64,000 nucleotides of DNA, from positions 128,001-192,000 of the forward strand of contig OZ254086.1 of the NCBI GenBank assembly GCA_965267575.1, written 5' to 3'. The notes below the pieces were generated by a model. That model made no database searches and was not told the DNA's origin. It saw nothing but the letters and a program-made list of their open reading frames with translations. Of this stretch, positions 48,213 to 58,550 are shown piece by piece. The position numbers and the translations under genes were made by a program. Position 1 is the stretch's first letter; the number at the start of each line of letters is the position of its first letter. This stretch comes from Calditrichales bacterium (lineage in GTDB: Bacteria; Calditrichota; Calditrichia; Calditrichales; J004).

Positions 48213-50666
48213 TCAGGATATGTTATTCAGCTCCTGTAAAGTCATTAAAACCTCGCGGGGTTTTCCGCCCATGGCCGCGCCTACAACACCTTCATCTTCC
48301 ATCTCGTCTATCAGCCGGGCGGCGCGCGAATAGCCGATTTTCAGCCGGCGCTGTAAAAGGGAGATGGAGCCCTGCTGGCTCTGCACAACGATGGCGCGGG
48401 CGTCTTCATACAACGGGTCGCGGTCATCACCATCATCGCCAAAACCGAGACTGTCGCCACGCGTAGAGCTTGGCTGGGGCAGGCTGTAATATGGCAATTT
48501 AGGCTGTTTGCTGATGTGACGAATCACAGTTTCCACCTCTTCGGTGGCCACAAACGGATTTTGCAGGCGGATGGGTTTGGCCGTCCCCGTAATCTTGAAC
48601 AACAGGTCGCCGTTGCCCAAAAGCTGCTCGGCGCCGTTGATGTCGAGAATAGTGCGTGAGTCGACTTTCGTAGCCACCTGGTAGGCCAATCGCGCCGGCA
48701 GGTTGGCCTTTATCAAACCCGTGATCACATCAACGCTGGGTCGTTGTGTGGCCACTATCATGTGGATGCCCCCGGCCCTGGCCATTTGCGCCAGACGTGC
48801 GATCGGCGTCTCCACTTCCTTGGCGGCCACCATCATCAGGTCGGCCAGCTCATCTATAATCACCACGATGTAGGGCATTTGCTGATGTTCCGTGCCACGA
48901 TACAGCCTGGGATTTTTGGCCACTTTGCGGTTGTATTCGCGGATATTGCGTACCCCCATCTGGTGCATGCGTTCCTGGCGCCGCTCCATCTCCAGCACCA
49001 TGGTGTTAAGCATGCTAACGGCGTTATTGGGCTTGGTAATCACGTCTTCATCCAGGTCGGGCCGATAAAGTAGGTAATGCTCGCGCAGATCGCGGTAAAG
49101 CGACAACTCCAGCTTTTTGGGATCAACCATAACAAATTTAACACGCCCCGGATCAACGCTGTAAAGCAGCGAGCAAATGATGGTGTTGATGCCAACGCTC
49201 TTTCCAGCACCCGTGGCTCCGGCAATCAGCAGGTGCGGCATTTTCACAAGATCGACGATGAATGATTCGCCGTTGATGGCCTTGCCCACGGCCAGCGGCA
49301 GTTCGAACTCGCCCTGGCTGAATTTTTCAGAACGGATCAGCGATTTGAGATAGACCATCTGCGGGTTGCGGTTGGGAATTTCGATACCAACGGCGGCTTT
49401 ACCGGGAATAGGCGCGATAATGCGGATGCCGCGCGCTTCCATGGCCAGCGCAAGGTCGTTTTCCAGGCTGACGATGGAGCTGACCTTTACACCGGGCGCC
49501 GGCTCCAGTTCGTACAGGGTTATTACCGGTCCCGCTGTTACCCGCACCACGCGCGCCTTTACACCGTAATCGCCCAGTTTGGCTTCCAGCAGCGCGGCAT
49601 TGGCTTTCAACTCATCCTTGCTGATACGCGGACGGTCCTTGGGCGGGCTGTTTAACAAATCAATGGAAGGAAACTCAAAACGGGAAATACTCTCTTTTAC
49701 AAGATCGTCATAATCGAGCTGTTTCTCTTTTACCTCTTCGCGCAACTCAAAGTCCATCTCGGCCTGCCCGCCGGATGTATTTTGTGCCGTCTCTTCATCT
49801 TCCGCAAACAGATCCTCTTCTTCCCGCGGCTGGAAATCCTCTTCTTCGTCTTCGGTCGCAAAGGTGTCATCGGAGGTGCTGATCTGCGCTTCATCGAGCG
49901 TCATCTCTTCGGCAGGGCCTTCATCCGCGAATTCCTCTTCCGCTTCCTGCGTAACAGGTTCGGCGGGCTGTTCGACAATCTCTGTTTCAGGCTTTTTCTT
50001 TTTCTCGCGTTTGATCATCGCTTTGCGCTGCGCTTTTTCTTCACGGCGCAGGGCACGTTCGGCCAGCCAGTCGCCCAGACGTTGCTTCAGACTTGCAAAA
50101 AACTCACGGATAGCCCGTCCGGCAACCATGACAGTTTCCAGCATATCAAAACGGACGGTTACAACGAGCAGCACAACCAGCAACAGCGCGCTTACCAGCA
50201 AAGCACCAATATCGCTGAGATACAGAACAAGTTTGGCCGCCAGCCAGCCGCTGATCAGTCCGCTGGGATAATACTCCTTCAAAAGCCCGTCCGTTGCCAG
50301 TGCCTCGGGCAACGCCAGGACAATACCTCCAAACACAGCCCAGGCCAGCAGCTTAAGCGAGGGCACAATCAGCGTGGAAACGTTTTCTTTGCGGTAAAGC
50401 GTAAAGCCGGACATAAACAGCAGCAGCGGAAAAACCAGTGCCGCGTAACCAAATGTCCACTGCATAATGGCGTTGGAGATTACCGCGCCGAGAGGTCCCA
50501 TCCAGTTGTTGACCGGGATCGGTTCGTCACCGATATCCATGCTCACCGGATCGTCGATACGGAAGGAGACGATGGCCAGAAAAAGCAGAAAGGCGCCGCC
50601 CATTAACAAAACGGCTGACGCCTTGCGAAGTCCTTGATTTTGCTCGGTTTGTCGTTTTTTAGACAT
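48213..50666 (-). CDS. ftsK: DNA translocase FtsK
   Basis: N-terminal TMs; MPHLLIAGATGAGKSV, DPKKLEL, IDELADLM, ATQRPSVDVITG; gamma domain LQRRLKIGYSRAARLID. Confidence 0.97.
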   Translation of the reverse strand: MSKKRQTEQNQGLRKASAVLLMGGAFLLFLAIVSFRIDDPVSMDIGDEPIPVNNWMGPLGAVISNAIMQWTFGYAALVFPLLLFMSGFTLYRKENVSTLIVPSLKLLAWAVFGGIVLALPEALATDGLLKEYYPSGLISGWLAAKLVLYLSDIGALLVSALLLVVLLVVTVRFDMLETVMVAGRAIREFFASLKQRLGDWLAERALRREEKAQRKAMIKREKKKKPETEIVEQPAEPVTQEAEEEFADEGPAEEMTLDEAQISTSDDTFATEDEEEDFQPREEEDLFAEDEETAQNTSGGQAEMDFELREEVKEKQLDYDDLVKESISRFEFPSIDLLNSPPKDRPRISKDELKANAALLEAKLGDYGVKARVVRVTAGPVITLYELEPAPGVKVSSIVSLENDLALAMEARGIRIIAPIPGKAAVGIEIPNRNPQMVYLKSLIRSEKFSQGEFELPLAVGKAINGESFIVDLVKMPHLLIAGATGAGKSVGINTIICSLLYSVDPGRVKFVMVDPKKLELSLYRDLREHYLLYRPDLDEDVITKPNNAVSMLNTMVLEMERRQERMHQMGVRNIREYNRKVAKNPRLYRGTEHQQMPYIVVIIDELADLMMVAAKEVETPIARLAQMARAGGIHMIVATQRPSVDVITGLIKANLPARLAYQVATKVDSRTILDINGAEQLLGNGDLLFKITGTAKPIRLQNPFVATEEVETVIRHISKQPKLPYYSLPQPSSTRGDSLGFGDDGDDRDPLYEDARAIVVQSQQGSISLLQRRLKIGYSRAARLIDEMEDEGVVGAAMGGKPREVLMTLQELNNIS

Positions 50667-50733
50667 AGAGAATTTTTTACCTTTAAAAACGCCTGAAAAT
50701 ATAAACAAACAAAGAAATCAATCCAAATGCGGA

Positions 50734-51459
50734 CTATTTGCCAAACGCTTCTTTACATAACTGTTTAACAATCGTAATGGCGTTGGATTGATCCATAAAA
50801 AAGGGGCTGGTGGCGATGGTGACGGCTTCGGCATCTTGCAGCCATTGTACAACCCGGCGCTGCTTTTTTTCCATACCCATGTAATCCAGCTCCGGCGCGA
50901 AAAAATCGATGTCCAAATCCAGGATAAAGGGCGGCTCATATTCCTGCTCCAGCGTGGCACTGCTATCAACGATCTTCACATCCGGGATAAGGCCGCTTTC
51001 CAGGGCGGGGATGATAAAGTTGCCCACATTGAGTTGGTAATTGCAGTAATCAAAAGCGCTTTGCAGATTGCTTAAAAGGTCGGCAGGCGGCTTGTTTTCA
51101 GGCTCGCGCATATCGCGGTGCTGATCGACGTGCAGGATAAATGGCAGACTGCCCCACTTTTGATACAGCCAGCACCAGAAGAAAAAAGCGTGGTTGTGGT
51201 TATCGAAAATGAAAATGTCTTTTTCCGCCACCTGCCAATGCACAAAATGCTTCAGCCCGCGACAGGCTTTTTCCACACCCTCTTCTATCTCACAAAAAAC
51301 GATTTCATTGCCGGGCTGCAGATCATCCGCTGTACCTTCCCGCAACGGCGGCACCCAGATGGCTTTGTGCTTGCGTTGCGCGTGACTAAAGGCGTTGTTG
51401 CCGGTGGGGGTGGTTATGGGGAAACCCTGATAAAGTTTTCTTAATTGGGCTTTTATCAA
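50734..51459 (-). CDS. UPF0489 family protein (arginase/deacetylase-like fold)
   Basis: FDNHNHAFFFW, HVDQHRD, LDLDIDFF, IATSP. Confidence 0.75.
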   Translation of the reverse strand: MIKAQLRKLYQGFPITTPTGNNAFSHAQRKHKAIWVPPLREGTADDLQPGNEIVFCEIEEGVEKACRGLKHFVHWQVAEKDIFIFDNHNHAFFFWCWLYQKWGSLPFILHVDQHRDMREPENKPPADLLSNLQSAFDYCNYQLNVGNFIIPALESGLIPDVKIVDSSATLEQEYEPPFILDLDIDFFAPELDYMGMEKKQRRVVQWLQDAEAVTIATSPFFMDQSNAITIVKQLCKEAFGK

Positions 51460-51827
51460 ATTAGTTAATTGTAGTCAGTTTTTAAGATTCAAGGGTTTCG
51501 GTCAAAAACATCCTGACACTTAGATGGTTCGTTCTGGCTTTTTCTCTTATTTGGTCAAGCAGTTTTTTCTTAGATCAATCCTGTTTATTATATTTGACCA
51601 TCCTCTAATTGAAGGTATGTTTTTGAAAACATATATTCCAAAGAATATTATAGGTTATGGGAATAGATAATAGTAGAAATCTTATTTTTGGATATTATAC
51701 AGAATGATCTTCAATAACATATAATTAGAAGCTTAAAAAACAGGAAGATATAAAATCGAAGAAATTTCAGTCGGCTCACTTACAAGTTATATGCTTAAAA
51801 ACCTCTCAGAAATATTTAGATAAGAAA

Positions 51828-51863
51828 AGCGAAGGAATAATGCTCTAGAAATATTCCTTCGCT
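51828..51863 (-). terminator. Hairpin/terminator downstream of 51917..52300
   Basis: AGCGAAGGAATA...TATTCCTTCGCT 12-bp inverted repeat, T-rich downstream on the minus strand. Confidence 0.55.
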
Positions 51864-51916
51864 AATCGTCTCGATAAATCCAGTATAAAATAGTATCTTG
51901 CTGTTAGACAGAATTA

Positions 51917-52300
51917 TTAAATATCAGAAGTACTTCTATCAAATCCAAAAGCATGAGTACTAAATTCAGCTCCCATATTCATTCCAATAGCTGCTTGTTT
52001 TAATTGCTCAGGAACATCTCCGCAAAAGAAAAAGGGCCCGGGTACCGCAATCTCAGTTAATTGAGAAAAATGTTTTGCCGCAGTACCCATCAAATGAAGA
52101 CCCAACGCTTCACCATCTTTAAAGAGATCGTGTACAATGATCGCATTCTCTTCATCTGAAAAATAACATCCCATTTTTAGACTATCCGGCTCATTTTCTT
52201 CCATAGTCTTATAGACCTCTTTATAGATCTCTTTAAGCTGGTCTAATTTACCGGGCTTTGCTGTCCACTTATAAAATACAGTTATTTGCTTGTCCTTCAT
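51917..52300 (-). CDS. Dimeric alpha-beta barrel (ABM/quinol monooxygenase-like) protein
   Basis: AKPGKLDQLK...ENEP....YF......IVHD.F.D.EAL..H pattern; AGGAG RBS; AT-rich. Confidence 0.65.
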   Translation of the reverse strand: MKDKQITVFYKWTAKPGKLDQLKEIYKEVYKTMEENEPDSLKMGCYFSDEENAIIVHDLFKDGEALGLHLMGTAAKHFSQLTEIAVPGPFFFCGDVPEQLKQAAIGMNMGAEFSTHAFGFDRSTSDI

Positions 52301-52449
52301 GATACATCTCCTTTTTATAGGTTAAGTGAGTTTTCGATACCTTTATCTGTCACAATCAATATATGGCATAAATATGTGTCTGCAAGGTGTCTTTTACGAC
52401 ATTTTCAAGGGTTGTTTTCGCCATTCTATATTTTTATATTGACATTACT

Positions 52450-53442
52450 ATGAAACATATAAGTATACTTATTCCAATTGGTAACTCAATAGTAGATACC
52501 ATAATTGCACCCTATAACCTGTTGCGGATGGCGAATACCCAATACAAATATTTAAAGCGGATCGATGAAGACCATTTAAAAATTGATTTGGTTAGTTTAA
52601 ATCTCGAACCAGTACTTTACAACCGCTTATTTCAGGTTAGTCCTACAAAAACAATTAATGATATTTTTAAAACAGATTTAATCATTGTTAGCGCGATCGA
52701 TGGAAATCTAGAAAAGGCTGTGGAAAGAAATAGGGATTATATACCCTGGATACGAAAGCAACGAATTGAAAACGAATCCGAAATTGCAAGCTTGTGTAAA
52801 GGTGCCATATTACTTGCTGAAACCGGTTTATTAAACGGTAAATCGTGTGCAACACATTGGACGGCTCACGATTTTTTTAAAAAAAAATATCCCAAAATAA
52901 ATTTAATACCGGAAAAGATAATCAGTGAGGATAATGGAATATACTCAAGTGGGGGAGCCTACTCATTCTTGAACTTCATTATATATTTAATCGAAAGGCT
53001 ATGCGGAAGAGAAACGGCTATTTGGTGCTCAAAGGTTTCGGAAGTTGATTTTGACCGAGAAGATCAGAGCCATTTTTTTATCTTTAAAGGGCAGAAAGAA
53101 CATAATGATGATTCTATAAAACAAGCCCAAATTTTCATAGAAAATAATTTTGAGGATAAACTTAATATTGATGACATTGCTCGGATGGTTAATATAAGCA
53201 ATCGTAATTTTCTAAGAAGATTTAAAAAGGCCACATCAGATACACCCTTGGTTTACATTCAACGTGTAAAAATAGAGGCGGCTAAAAAGAAACTTGAATC
53301 TTCTACATTAAATATTCAAGAGGTCATGTATGGGGTTGGTTATAACGATGAAAAAGCCTTTAGAAACACTTTTAGAAAATATACCGGTTTATCACCTTTG
53401 GAATATCGCAGCAAATATAATCGGGAAATGGCTCTTTTATAA
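52450..53442 (+). CDS. GlxA-family transcriptional regulator (DJ-1/PfpI plus AraC HTH)
   Basis: SLCKGAILLAETGLLNGK.CATHW, RNFLRRFKKAT, VGY.D...FR..F.K.TGLSP.EYR. Confidence 0.93.
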   Translation: MKHISILIPIGNSIVDTIIAPYNLLRMANTQYKYLKRIDEDHLKIDLVSLNLEPVLYNRLFQVSPTKTINDIFKTDLIIVSAIDGNLEKAVERNRDYIPWIRKQRIENESEIASLCKGAILLAETGLLNGKSCATHWTAHDFFKKKYPKINLIPEKIISEDNGIYSSGGAYSFLNFIIYLIERLCGRETAIWCSKVSEVDFDREDQSHFFIFKGQKEHNDDSIKQAQIFIENNFEDKLNIDDIARMVNISNRNFLRRFKKATSDTPLVYIQRVKIEAAKKKLESSTLNIQEVMYGVGYNDEKAFRNTFRKYTGLSPLEYRSKYNREMALL

Positions 53443-53464
53443 TTTACCTTAAATAGTAAAACGC

Positions 53465-53570
53465 AAATAACAAAATACTGTAGCTGACCCGACACGTAGA
53501 CGATGATTTTCGCAAAATGCATTGGTAAACGTCTATCTTTAGGCCGGCGTCTAAGTATTAACCGTTAGCC
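53465..53570 (+). other. attC-like recombination site
   Basis: R'' AAATAAC; L'' ATACT[G]TAG pairing with CTAAGTAT (extra-helical G); internal stem TAGACG/CGTCTA; R' GTTAGCC; 106 bp, 22 bp after the regulator stop. Confidence 0.6.
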
Positions 53571-53655
53571 TCCTTATACGACAGTCTTTTGTCCCTCCAA
53601 AAATGGTCTCCACATAATCAACCAATTTTTCAAGTCAATTGTTGCCTTGGCAATC

Positions 53656-54732
53656 TCACACAAACGGCGGCTTGATGATTTCCGCTTTGACGCGCCGGTT
53701 GCGGATTTCGACTTCGATTTCCGTGCCGGACTTGAAGTGCGGCCGTTTCACATAGCCCAGGCCGATACCCTTTTCCAGAATCGGTGAGACCGTACCACTG
53801 GTGACGATGCCCACTTCTTCATCATCTTTGTAGATTTTGTAGCCCTTGCGCGGGAAGCCGCTTTCCTGCAGTGTAAAAGCCACCAGGCGCCGACTGACAC
53901 CTTCTTCCTTCACTTTGCGCAAAACGTCCGCGCCGTTAAAATCGCCTTTGTCCAGTTTGGTAATCCAGCCCAGGCCGGCCTCCAGCGGGTTGGTGCTTTC
54001 GTCGATATCGTTGCCATACAGACACATTTTCTTTTCCATACGCAGGGAGTCGCGCGCGCCCAGCCCGATGGGTTCAATGTCAAACTCTGCCCCGGCTTCA
54101 AACACGGCCTTCCAGGTTTGCTCGGCGTACTGGTTTTCCATGTACAGCTCAAAGCCGGACTCGCCGGTGTAGCCGGTTCGTGAGATCACCATCGGCGCGC
54201 CGGCCAATTCACCTTCAATGAACCAGTAAAAGGGGATTTCTCCCAGTTTGACGTTGGTCAGCTTTTGCAAGGTGGCTTCAGCTTTTTTGCCCTGTACGGC
54301 CAGCTGGCTGATACTATCGCTGATGTCCTTGACTTCGCTGCCATCGATCTTGTTCTTCATCATCCAGGCCACATCTTTTTCGCGGTTGGCGGCGTTAATC
54401 ACCAGCCAAAATTTGTCGGCAAAGCGGTAAACGATCAGGTCATCGACGATACCGCCGTCTTCATAGCACATGGCGGAATATTGGGCCTGGTTTACAGCCA
54501 GCGTAGATGCATCGTTTATGGTCAGCTTTTGCACCAGGTCCAGGGCTTTGGGGCCGCTTATCTCCACCTCGCCCATATGCGATACATCGAACACACCGAC
54601 TGTTTCACGCACACGGCGGTGTTCATCGCGGATGCCGCGGTACTGGATGGGCATGTGGAAACCGGCAAACTCAACCATCTTGGCGCCGGCCTTTTCGTGC
54701 AAGTCATGAAAAGCTGTCTTTTTCAAAGCCAT
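53656..54732 (-). CDS. gcvT: Glycine cleavage system aminomethyltransferase T
   Basis: FDVSHMGE, GGIVDDL, SRTGYTGE.GFE, GLGARDSLRME, LYGND. Confidence 0.97.
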   Translation of the reverse strand: MALKKTAFHDLHEKAGAKMVEFAGFHMPIQYRGIRDEHRRVRETVGVFDVSHMGEVEISGPKALDLVQKLTINDASTLAVNQAQYSAMCYEDGGIVDDLIVYRFADKFWLVINAANREKDVAWMMKNKIDGSEVKDISDSISQLAVQGKKAEATLQKLTNVKLGEIPFYWFIEGELAGAPMVISRTGYTGESGFELYMENQYAEQTWKAVFEAGAEFDIEPIGLGARDSLRMEKKMCLYGNDIDESTNPLEAGLGWITKLDKGDFNGADVLRKVKEEGVSRRLVAFTLQESGFPRKGYKIYKDDEEVGIVTSGTVSPILEKGIGLGYVKRPHFKSGTEIEVEIRNRRVKAEIIKPPFV

Positions 54733-54757
54733 TGTTGTGCTCCTTGGATTTTAAAAT

Positions 54758-55360
54758 TTATGCCGCGTCCACCGGGCGGCTAAACAGATCGGGGATACGC
54801 ACCAGGTGCCGCATGATGATCAGCAGGCATATGGGTAAAAGCATAAGCAAAGTCTCGTCCCCGAACAACCAGCCCGGTGTAAAAAAGACCACAATGGGCA
54901 ACAGGAACGTGGCGATCAGATTAGCGATTATATGCTTGCGTATCAGGATGTAATAGATCAGCCAGATGCCCAGCCACAGTCCCACTAATACGGGCTGATA
55001 CAGCAGCAAGGCCCCGGCCGTGGCCGCCAGCCCTCGGCCACCGTGGAAACGCAGCCACACCGGATAACAATGCCCCAGCAGAACACCGCCCACCAGCGCC
55101 AGCAAAATCAGGAAATCGCCATTGAGGTATTCGCGGAAAAGAAATACCGGCGCAGCGCCTTTCAGGACATCCAGGATCAGCGCGGTAACGCCCAGCCATT
55201 TTTTCTGCGTGGAGCGCCAGGCATTCAGCGCACCCACATTGCCGCTGCCCTCCTCGCGGATGTCTTTCTTTTGCGTCGCGCGTACCAAAAGCCAGCTGAC
55301 CGGAATCGATCCGAACAGGTAGGCGATAACAAACATGATGGCATAAAAATAAGGCTGCAT
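54758..55360 (-). CDS. plsY: Glycerol-3-phosphate acyltransferase PlsY
   Basis: YLFGSIP, DIR..GSGNVGA.N, DVLKG, GHCYPVWL.F.GGRG.A. Confidence 0.92.
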   Translation of the reverse strand: MQPYFYAIMFVIAYLFGSIPVSWLLVRATQKKDIREEGSGNVGALNAWRSTQKKWLGVTALILDVLKGAAPVFLFREYLNGDFLILLALVGGVLLGHCYPVWLRFHGGRGLAATAGALLLYQPVLVGLWLGIWLIYYILIRKHIIANLIATFLLPIVVFFTPGWLFGDETLLMLLPICLLIIMRHLVRIPDLFSRPVDAA

Positions 55361-55404
55361 ATCCGCGGGCTCCGGCTAAAAGTCTTTAATTTAAGAAAAA
55401 GGTT

Positions 55405-55563
55405 AAATGTGAGAAAGTGCTCGTGTTTTAAAGTGCTAAGGTGTTCAGGTTGATGGAAAAAATTCGTAATTAAAGTTGATTTTTCATATTCTTGAAACCG
55501 TCATCGCGATTTCTGACACAACACTCTCAAACACCATAACACATCAACACTCTAACAAAGCAC
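55405..55563. repeat. Inverted octamer arrays (module E family) around degenerate hexamers
   Basis: Left arm reverse complement ACCTGAAC ACCTTAGC ACTTTAA; right arm ACCATAAC ACATCAAC ACTCTAAC. Confidence 0.6.
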
Positions 55564-57747
55564 ATGCAGCAAGCGCGTCAAATTCTAAAAGAGGTTTTCG
55601 GCTACAGCCAGTTCCGCCCATTGCAGGAAGAAGTCATCAAAAATATTCTGGACAAAAAGGACACTCTGGCCATTATGCCCACGGGTGGCGGCAAGTCGCT
55701 TTGTTATCAGATTCCCGCATTGCTGTTTGAAGGCATCACGGTGGTGGTTTCGCCGCTTATTTCGCTGATGAAGGACCAGGTGGAGCAGCTTAATGCCAGC
55801 GGTGTCGAGGCAGTGTTCCTGAACAGCTCCCTGGCGCGGAGTGAGTATGAACGAAATGTCCGGCGTATTTTAGCCGGTGAGGTCAAGCTGCTCTATGTGG
55901 CCCCGGAAACACTCTTGAGCGCGCGGTTGATTGCCTTGCTGGAATCACTGCAGGTGGACTGCCTGACAATCGACGAAGCACACTGTATTTCCGAATGGGG
56001 GCACGACTTCCGTCCCGACTACCGCCAACTGATCGGGCTGCGCGAACGTTTTCCCAAAGCCGTCTGTGTCGCCCTGACCGCCACAGCCACACCACGCGTG
56101 CAGCAGGATATCCGCAACGCCCTCGGTTTTCAGAGCGATAACCAGTTCATCGCCAGTTTTGACCGCAAGAATTTATTGATCCGGGTTGTCGCCAAAAGCG
56201 ATCCGTTGCGTCAGACGGTAGAGTTCCTTCGCAGCTTTCCCGAACAGTCCGGCATCATTTACTGTTTTTCGCGCAGGCAGGTAGATGAGCTGGCCGAAGC
56301 CCTGCGCGCCAATGGCTTTTCCGCGCTGCCCTACCACGCCGGCCTCAGCGATGACGACCGCCGCTACAACCAGGAGCTGTTCATCCGCGACGATGTTCAG
56401 ATCATTGTGGCTACCATCGCCTTTGGCATGGGCATCAATAAGCCCAATGTGCGCTTTGTGGTGCATTACGATCTGCCCAAAAACATTGAGGGCTATTACC
56501 AGGAAATCGGCCGTGCGGGGCGCGATGGTCTGCGTTCCGAATGCCTGCTGCTGTTTGGCTACGGTGACCGCCAGAAGATTCAATACTTCATAGATCAGAA
56601 AGAGGGCCAGGAGCGGCGCGTAGCCCAGCAGCATCTGGATGCCATGATCGACTATGCCGAGTCCATGACCTGCCGCCGCAAGCCCCTGCTGGCCTACTTT
56701 GGTGAACAATATGACGATGACAAGTGCGACATGTGCGACAACTGCCACAACGGTGAAACCAAATGGGACGACCTGACCATCGCGGCGCAGATGTTTCTCT
56801 CCTGTGTAAAGCGCACCGGCGAAATGTTTGGCGCCGGGCACGTGGTAAAGGTGCTACGCGGCTCCACGGCGCAAAAGGTGCTTAAATTCGGACACGATAA
56901 GCTGAGCACCTACGGCATCGGTAAGGAGTTCAGCGAAAAGCAATGGCTGCATATGTCGCGGCAGTTTCTGCGCCAGGGGCTGCTGGAAAAAGACAGGGAG
57001 GTTGGCAGTCTGCAGCTTACGGCCGCCGCTTATGAGGTGCTTAAAAAGGGCGTAAAGGTCTATGGCAAAATCGAGGAAGAAGCGATCAGCGCTACACGCA
57101 AAAAGGCGCCTACGGAGTATGACGAAAACCTGTTCCGCATTCTGCGCAGAGAACGCAAGGACATCGCCGACCGCGAAAACGTGCCGCCATACATCATTTT
57201 TGCCGACCGCTCATTGATGGAGATGGCCGCAAGCTTCCCGCGTTCGGAGGAAGAGATGCTGCAGTTGCACGGCGTGGGTAAAGCGCGCTACGCCCGTTAC
57301 GGCAAAAACTTCCGGAGCCTGATTGAGGATTATTGCCACAGGCATAATATTTCAGAAGCACCGTCACCTGCCATCATTAAAAAGGGAAGAACTTCCCGGG
57401 AACAGCGGCGCGAGAGAATCGCCCGCGGCATTGAACGCGGCCACAGCATAGAAGAAATGGCGCAGGAAGAGGGCATCAAACCGTCGACGGTGATGAACCA
57501 CCTGTATCACTATTACAGTGAAAACCCGGTTGCCAATGGCAAAATTGCCGCTCACCTTTTGCGTGGCTGCACGCTTCCGCCAAAAAAACAAAGCGCCGTG
57601 TTGAATGCCTTCGACAGCCATGGATGCGACATGCTGCGCCCCGTATTTGAAGCGCTGAATGAGACAATCGCTTATGACGATTTGCACCTGATGCGGTTGG
57701 TTTATCTGGCACGGCAAAAAGCCACGGAACAGAAAATAAATTCATAG
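55564..57747 (+). CDS. recQ: ATP-dependent DNA helicase RecQ
   Basis: MPTGGGKSLCYQ, IDEAHCISEWGHDFRP, QEIGRAGRDG, Zn-binding Cys motif, RQC and HRDC domains. Confidence 0.97.
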   Translation: MQQARQILKEVFGYSQFRPLQEEVIKNILDKKDTLAIMPTGGGKSLCYQIPALLFEGITVVVSPLISLMKDQVEQLNASGVEAVFLNSSLARSEYERNVRRILAGEVKLLYVAPETLLSARLIALLESLQVDCLTIDEAHCISEWGHDFRPDYRQLIGLRERFPKAVCVALTATATPRVQQDIRNALGFQSDNQFIASFDRKNLLIRVVAKSDPLRQTVEFLRSFPEQSGIIYCFSRRQVDELAEALRANGFSALPYHAGLSDDDRRYNQELFIRDDVQIIVATIAFGMGINKPNVRFVVHYDLPKNIEGYYQEIGRAGRDGLRSECLLLFGYGDRQKIQYFIDQKEGQERRVAQQHLDAMIDYAESMTCRRKPLLAYFGEQYDDDKCDMCDNCHNGETKWDDLTIAAQMFLSCVKRTGEMFGAGHVVKVLRGSTAQKVLKFGHDKLSTYGIGKEFSEKQWLHMSRQFLRQGLLEKDREVGSLQLTAAAYEVLKKGVKVYGKIEEEAISATRKKAPTEYDENLFRILRRERKDIADRENVPPYIIFADRSLMEMAASFPRSEEEMLQLHGVGKARYARYGKNFRSLIEDYCHRHNISEAPSPAIIKKGRTSREQRRERIARGIERGHSIEEMAQEEGIKPSTVMNHLYHYYSENPVANGKIAAHLLRGCTLPPKKQSAVLNAFDSHGCDMLRPVFEALNETIAYDDLHLMRLVYLARQKATEQKINS

Positions 57748-57821
57748 TGTTAAGCTGCCTTTGATAAATTGCGTCACACCCCGCCACTTTTTACTTTCCC
57801 GGAGTTTTTAAGGAGGAAATA

Positions 57822-58550
57822 ATGAACAAGAACCTGAGTGCCATCGTCTTTGCCATTGCCATTGTCGTTTTTGGCATCATTTTGTCCGTAACGTTTCTGG
57901 CCCGCAACAACGCGTTGAAAACCATTTCCGTTACCGGGCTGGGCAGCAAGGATTTCACGTCCGACCTGATTGTCTGGCGCGGCAGCTTTAAAAGGCAGGA
58001 CATGAACCTGAAAGCAGCCTACAGCGGGCTGGAAAAAGATCGCGAGATCATCCGCAATTACCTCAAGGAAAAAGGCCTTTCAGAGCAGGATTTCATTTTT
58101 TCTTCGGTCAACATGATCGAGCGCCAGGAGGCTGAATACAGCGACGGCAAATACATCGGGACGCGTTTTGCCGGCTACGAGCTGAACCAGGACCTGGAAA
58201 TCGAATCCACCGACGTGGAGAAGATCGAGAAACTGTCGCGCTCTATCACCGAGGTGATCAACCTGGGTATCGCTTTTTACAGCCAGCCCCCGCAATACTA
58301 TTACACAAAGCTTTCCGAGCTTAAGATTGAAATGATTGCCCGGGCCACGGAAGACGCGCGGGTGCGGGCCGAGCAGATTGCCGCCAATGCCGGTGCCGGT
58401 CTGGGCGGATTGAAGCAGGCGCGCATGGGCGTTTTCCAGATCACCGGCCAGAACTCCGATGAAGAGTATTCCTGGGGCGGTGTGTACAACACGATGGAAA
58501 AACACAAAACGGCGCGCATCACCATGCGCCTGGAATTTGAGGTGGATTGA
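57822..58550 (+). CDS. SIMPL domain-containing protein (DUF541)
   Basis: N-terminal TM; ISVTGLG, YYYTKLSELK.EMI..AT.DAR.RAE.IA, GVFQITG. Confidence 0.88.
   Translation: MNKNLSAIVFAIAIVVFGIILSVTFLARNNALKTISVTGLGSKDFTSDLIVWRGSFKRQDMNLKAAYSGLEKDREIIRNYLKEKGLSEQDFIFSSVNMIERQEAEYSDGKYIGTRFAGYELNQDLEIESTDVEKIEKLSRSITEVINLGIAFYSQPPQYYYTKLSELKIEMIARATEDARVRAEQIAANAGAGLGGLKQARMGVFQITGQNSDEEYSWGGVYNTMEKHKTARITMRLEFEVD

Larger units (their letters stand above)
51787..53570 (+). mobile_element. Putative integron gene cassette (orphan; no integrase in window)
   Basis: AT-rich; starts after G at GTTATATGC (51786) and ends in an attC-like site whose R'' GCAAATAAC is complementary at 8/9 positions. Confidence 0.55.

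Noticed and set aside
52281-52289. Exact GTTATTTGC match to the attC R'' complement as cassette start
   Set aside because: Lies inside the first codons of the 51917..52300 gene and would cut it; the 51786 site fits better.
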